NCBI RefSeq assembly: GCF_009914755.1 | Contig: NC_060944.1 | DNA: 64,000 nucleotides | DNA from: the human T2T-CHM13v2.0 reference genome, Homo sapiens | Direction: 5' to 3' (one strand) | In this document: one piece after another, positions 63,206 to 64,000 of the stretch | How the letters are laid out: each line of letters opens with the position of its first letter | How positions within the stretch are numbered: the first letter of the stretch is position 1 | Notes under the pieces: model-generated | Database searches by the model: none | What the model saw: the letters and a program-made list of their open reading frames with translations, nothing else | What the model was told of the DNA's origin: nothing | Translations under genes and position numbers: made by a program

Positions 63206-64000
63206 TAGTAATGCCGTCATCATAACGCTGTCATCATTATGATAGCTGTTGTTCCTGACCATCTCTGGCACATACTAAGGACTCATCCTGGGTCCTTGGT
63301 AAGCATTTGCTAATTTCCGTTGAACAGTTTGAAGGAAACTTAACCTGGGAAACAGAATTGACTATCAAGCTCCTTTAAAAAATGAGAATAAAAAGAAAAC
63401 ATAATCCAACTATCCACCAATAAAACCTACTAAATGCATTTTGACATGCAGCTTTTCATGTTTCTTTTTACAAACACATTTAAATATACACCTACTTGTA
63501 ATGATAACGTGCACTGTGTATGGTTTTATAACCTGTTAATTTTCATGTATCTGTATATTACCATATTTTTCATGCCATTAAATTTTGCTTCTACAATAAA
63601 AATAACAAATCAGGTAATGAGATGAGCCTGATCCTTCACTTGCTTCAGTTTTGCCTTCCAAGAACTGTGTCTTTGCAACACTTATTTGAGCAGACATCAC
63701 CCCCACAAATGCCTGAATGAACATTTCCTGTTGAAAAACTGCATCGGGAAAGACGTCAGAGCTGCTGGCTCACGTTTTCTGGAGAGCTTCTTACAATGCC
63801 CAGAGGAAACATGGGATAGTCACTCCTTTAACGGCTACTCATTATGTTCCTCCAAATACTGCTATGAAAAATTCACACCCATTTTCACAATGAATGCACA
63901 TTTTTTTACAATGATGAAAATGATGTAAGACTTTAATTCTGAAGTTCTACTCCAGGACTTCAAATGCTTCTTGTCCTGCTTTGGTCCAAGGTCCTGCGTG

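Overview
This is primate, almost certainly human, non-coding genomic DNA. It carries Alu, FAM and L1PA insertions on a dense background of old mammalian repeats (L2, MIR, MaLR/ERVL/ERV1 LTRs, hAT and Tigger DNA transposons), plus several long simple repeats and minisatellites. I find no credible protein-coding exon, RNA gene, CpG island or CRISPR-like array: the long ORFs are translations of microsatellites or repeat fragments. I cannot name the locus and see no evidence for a new multi-gene system. The most notable structures, read directly from the sequence, are: (1) a ~140 bp diverged inverted duplication at 2980-3834 with a small hairpin near one junction; (2) a diverged direct duplication at 28920-29305 and 30584-31140; (3) an L1PA and an Alu stacked at one target site, giving three copies of the target-site duplication (TSD) (51118-51813); (4) an Alu whose tail became a palindromic microsatellite with a fold-back Alu fragment (33935-34511); (5) a 46-bp VNTR apparently amplified from an L2 3' end and fused to an Alu tail (52621-53020); and (6) several repeat-free, motif-dense blocks that look like enhancers. 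Repeat subfamily names come from recalled consensus sequences, and boundaries of old repeats are approximate.
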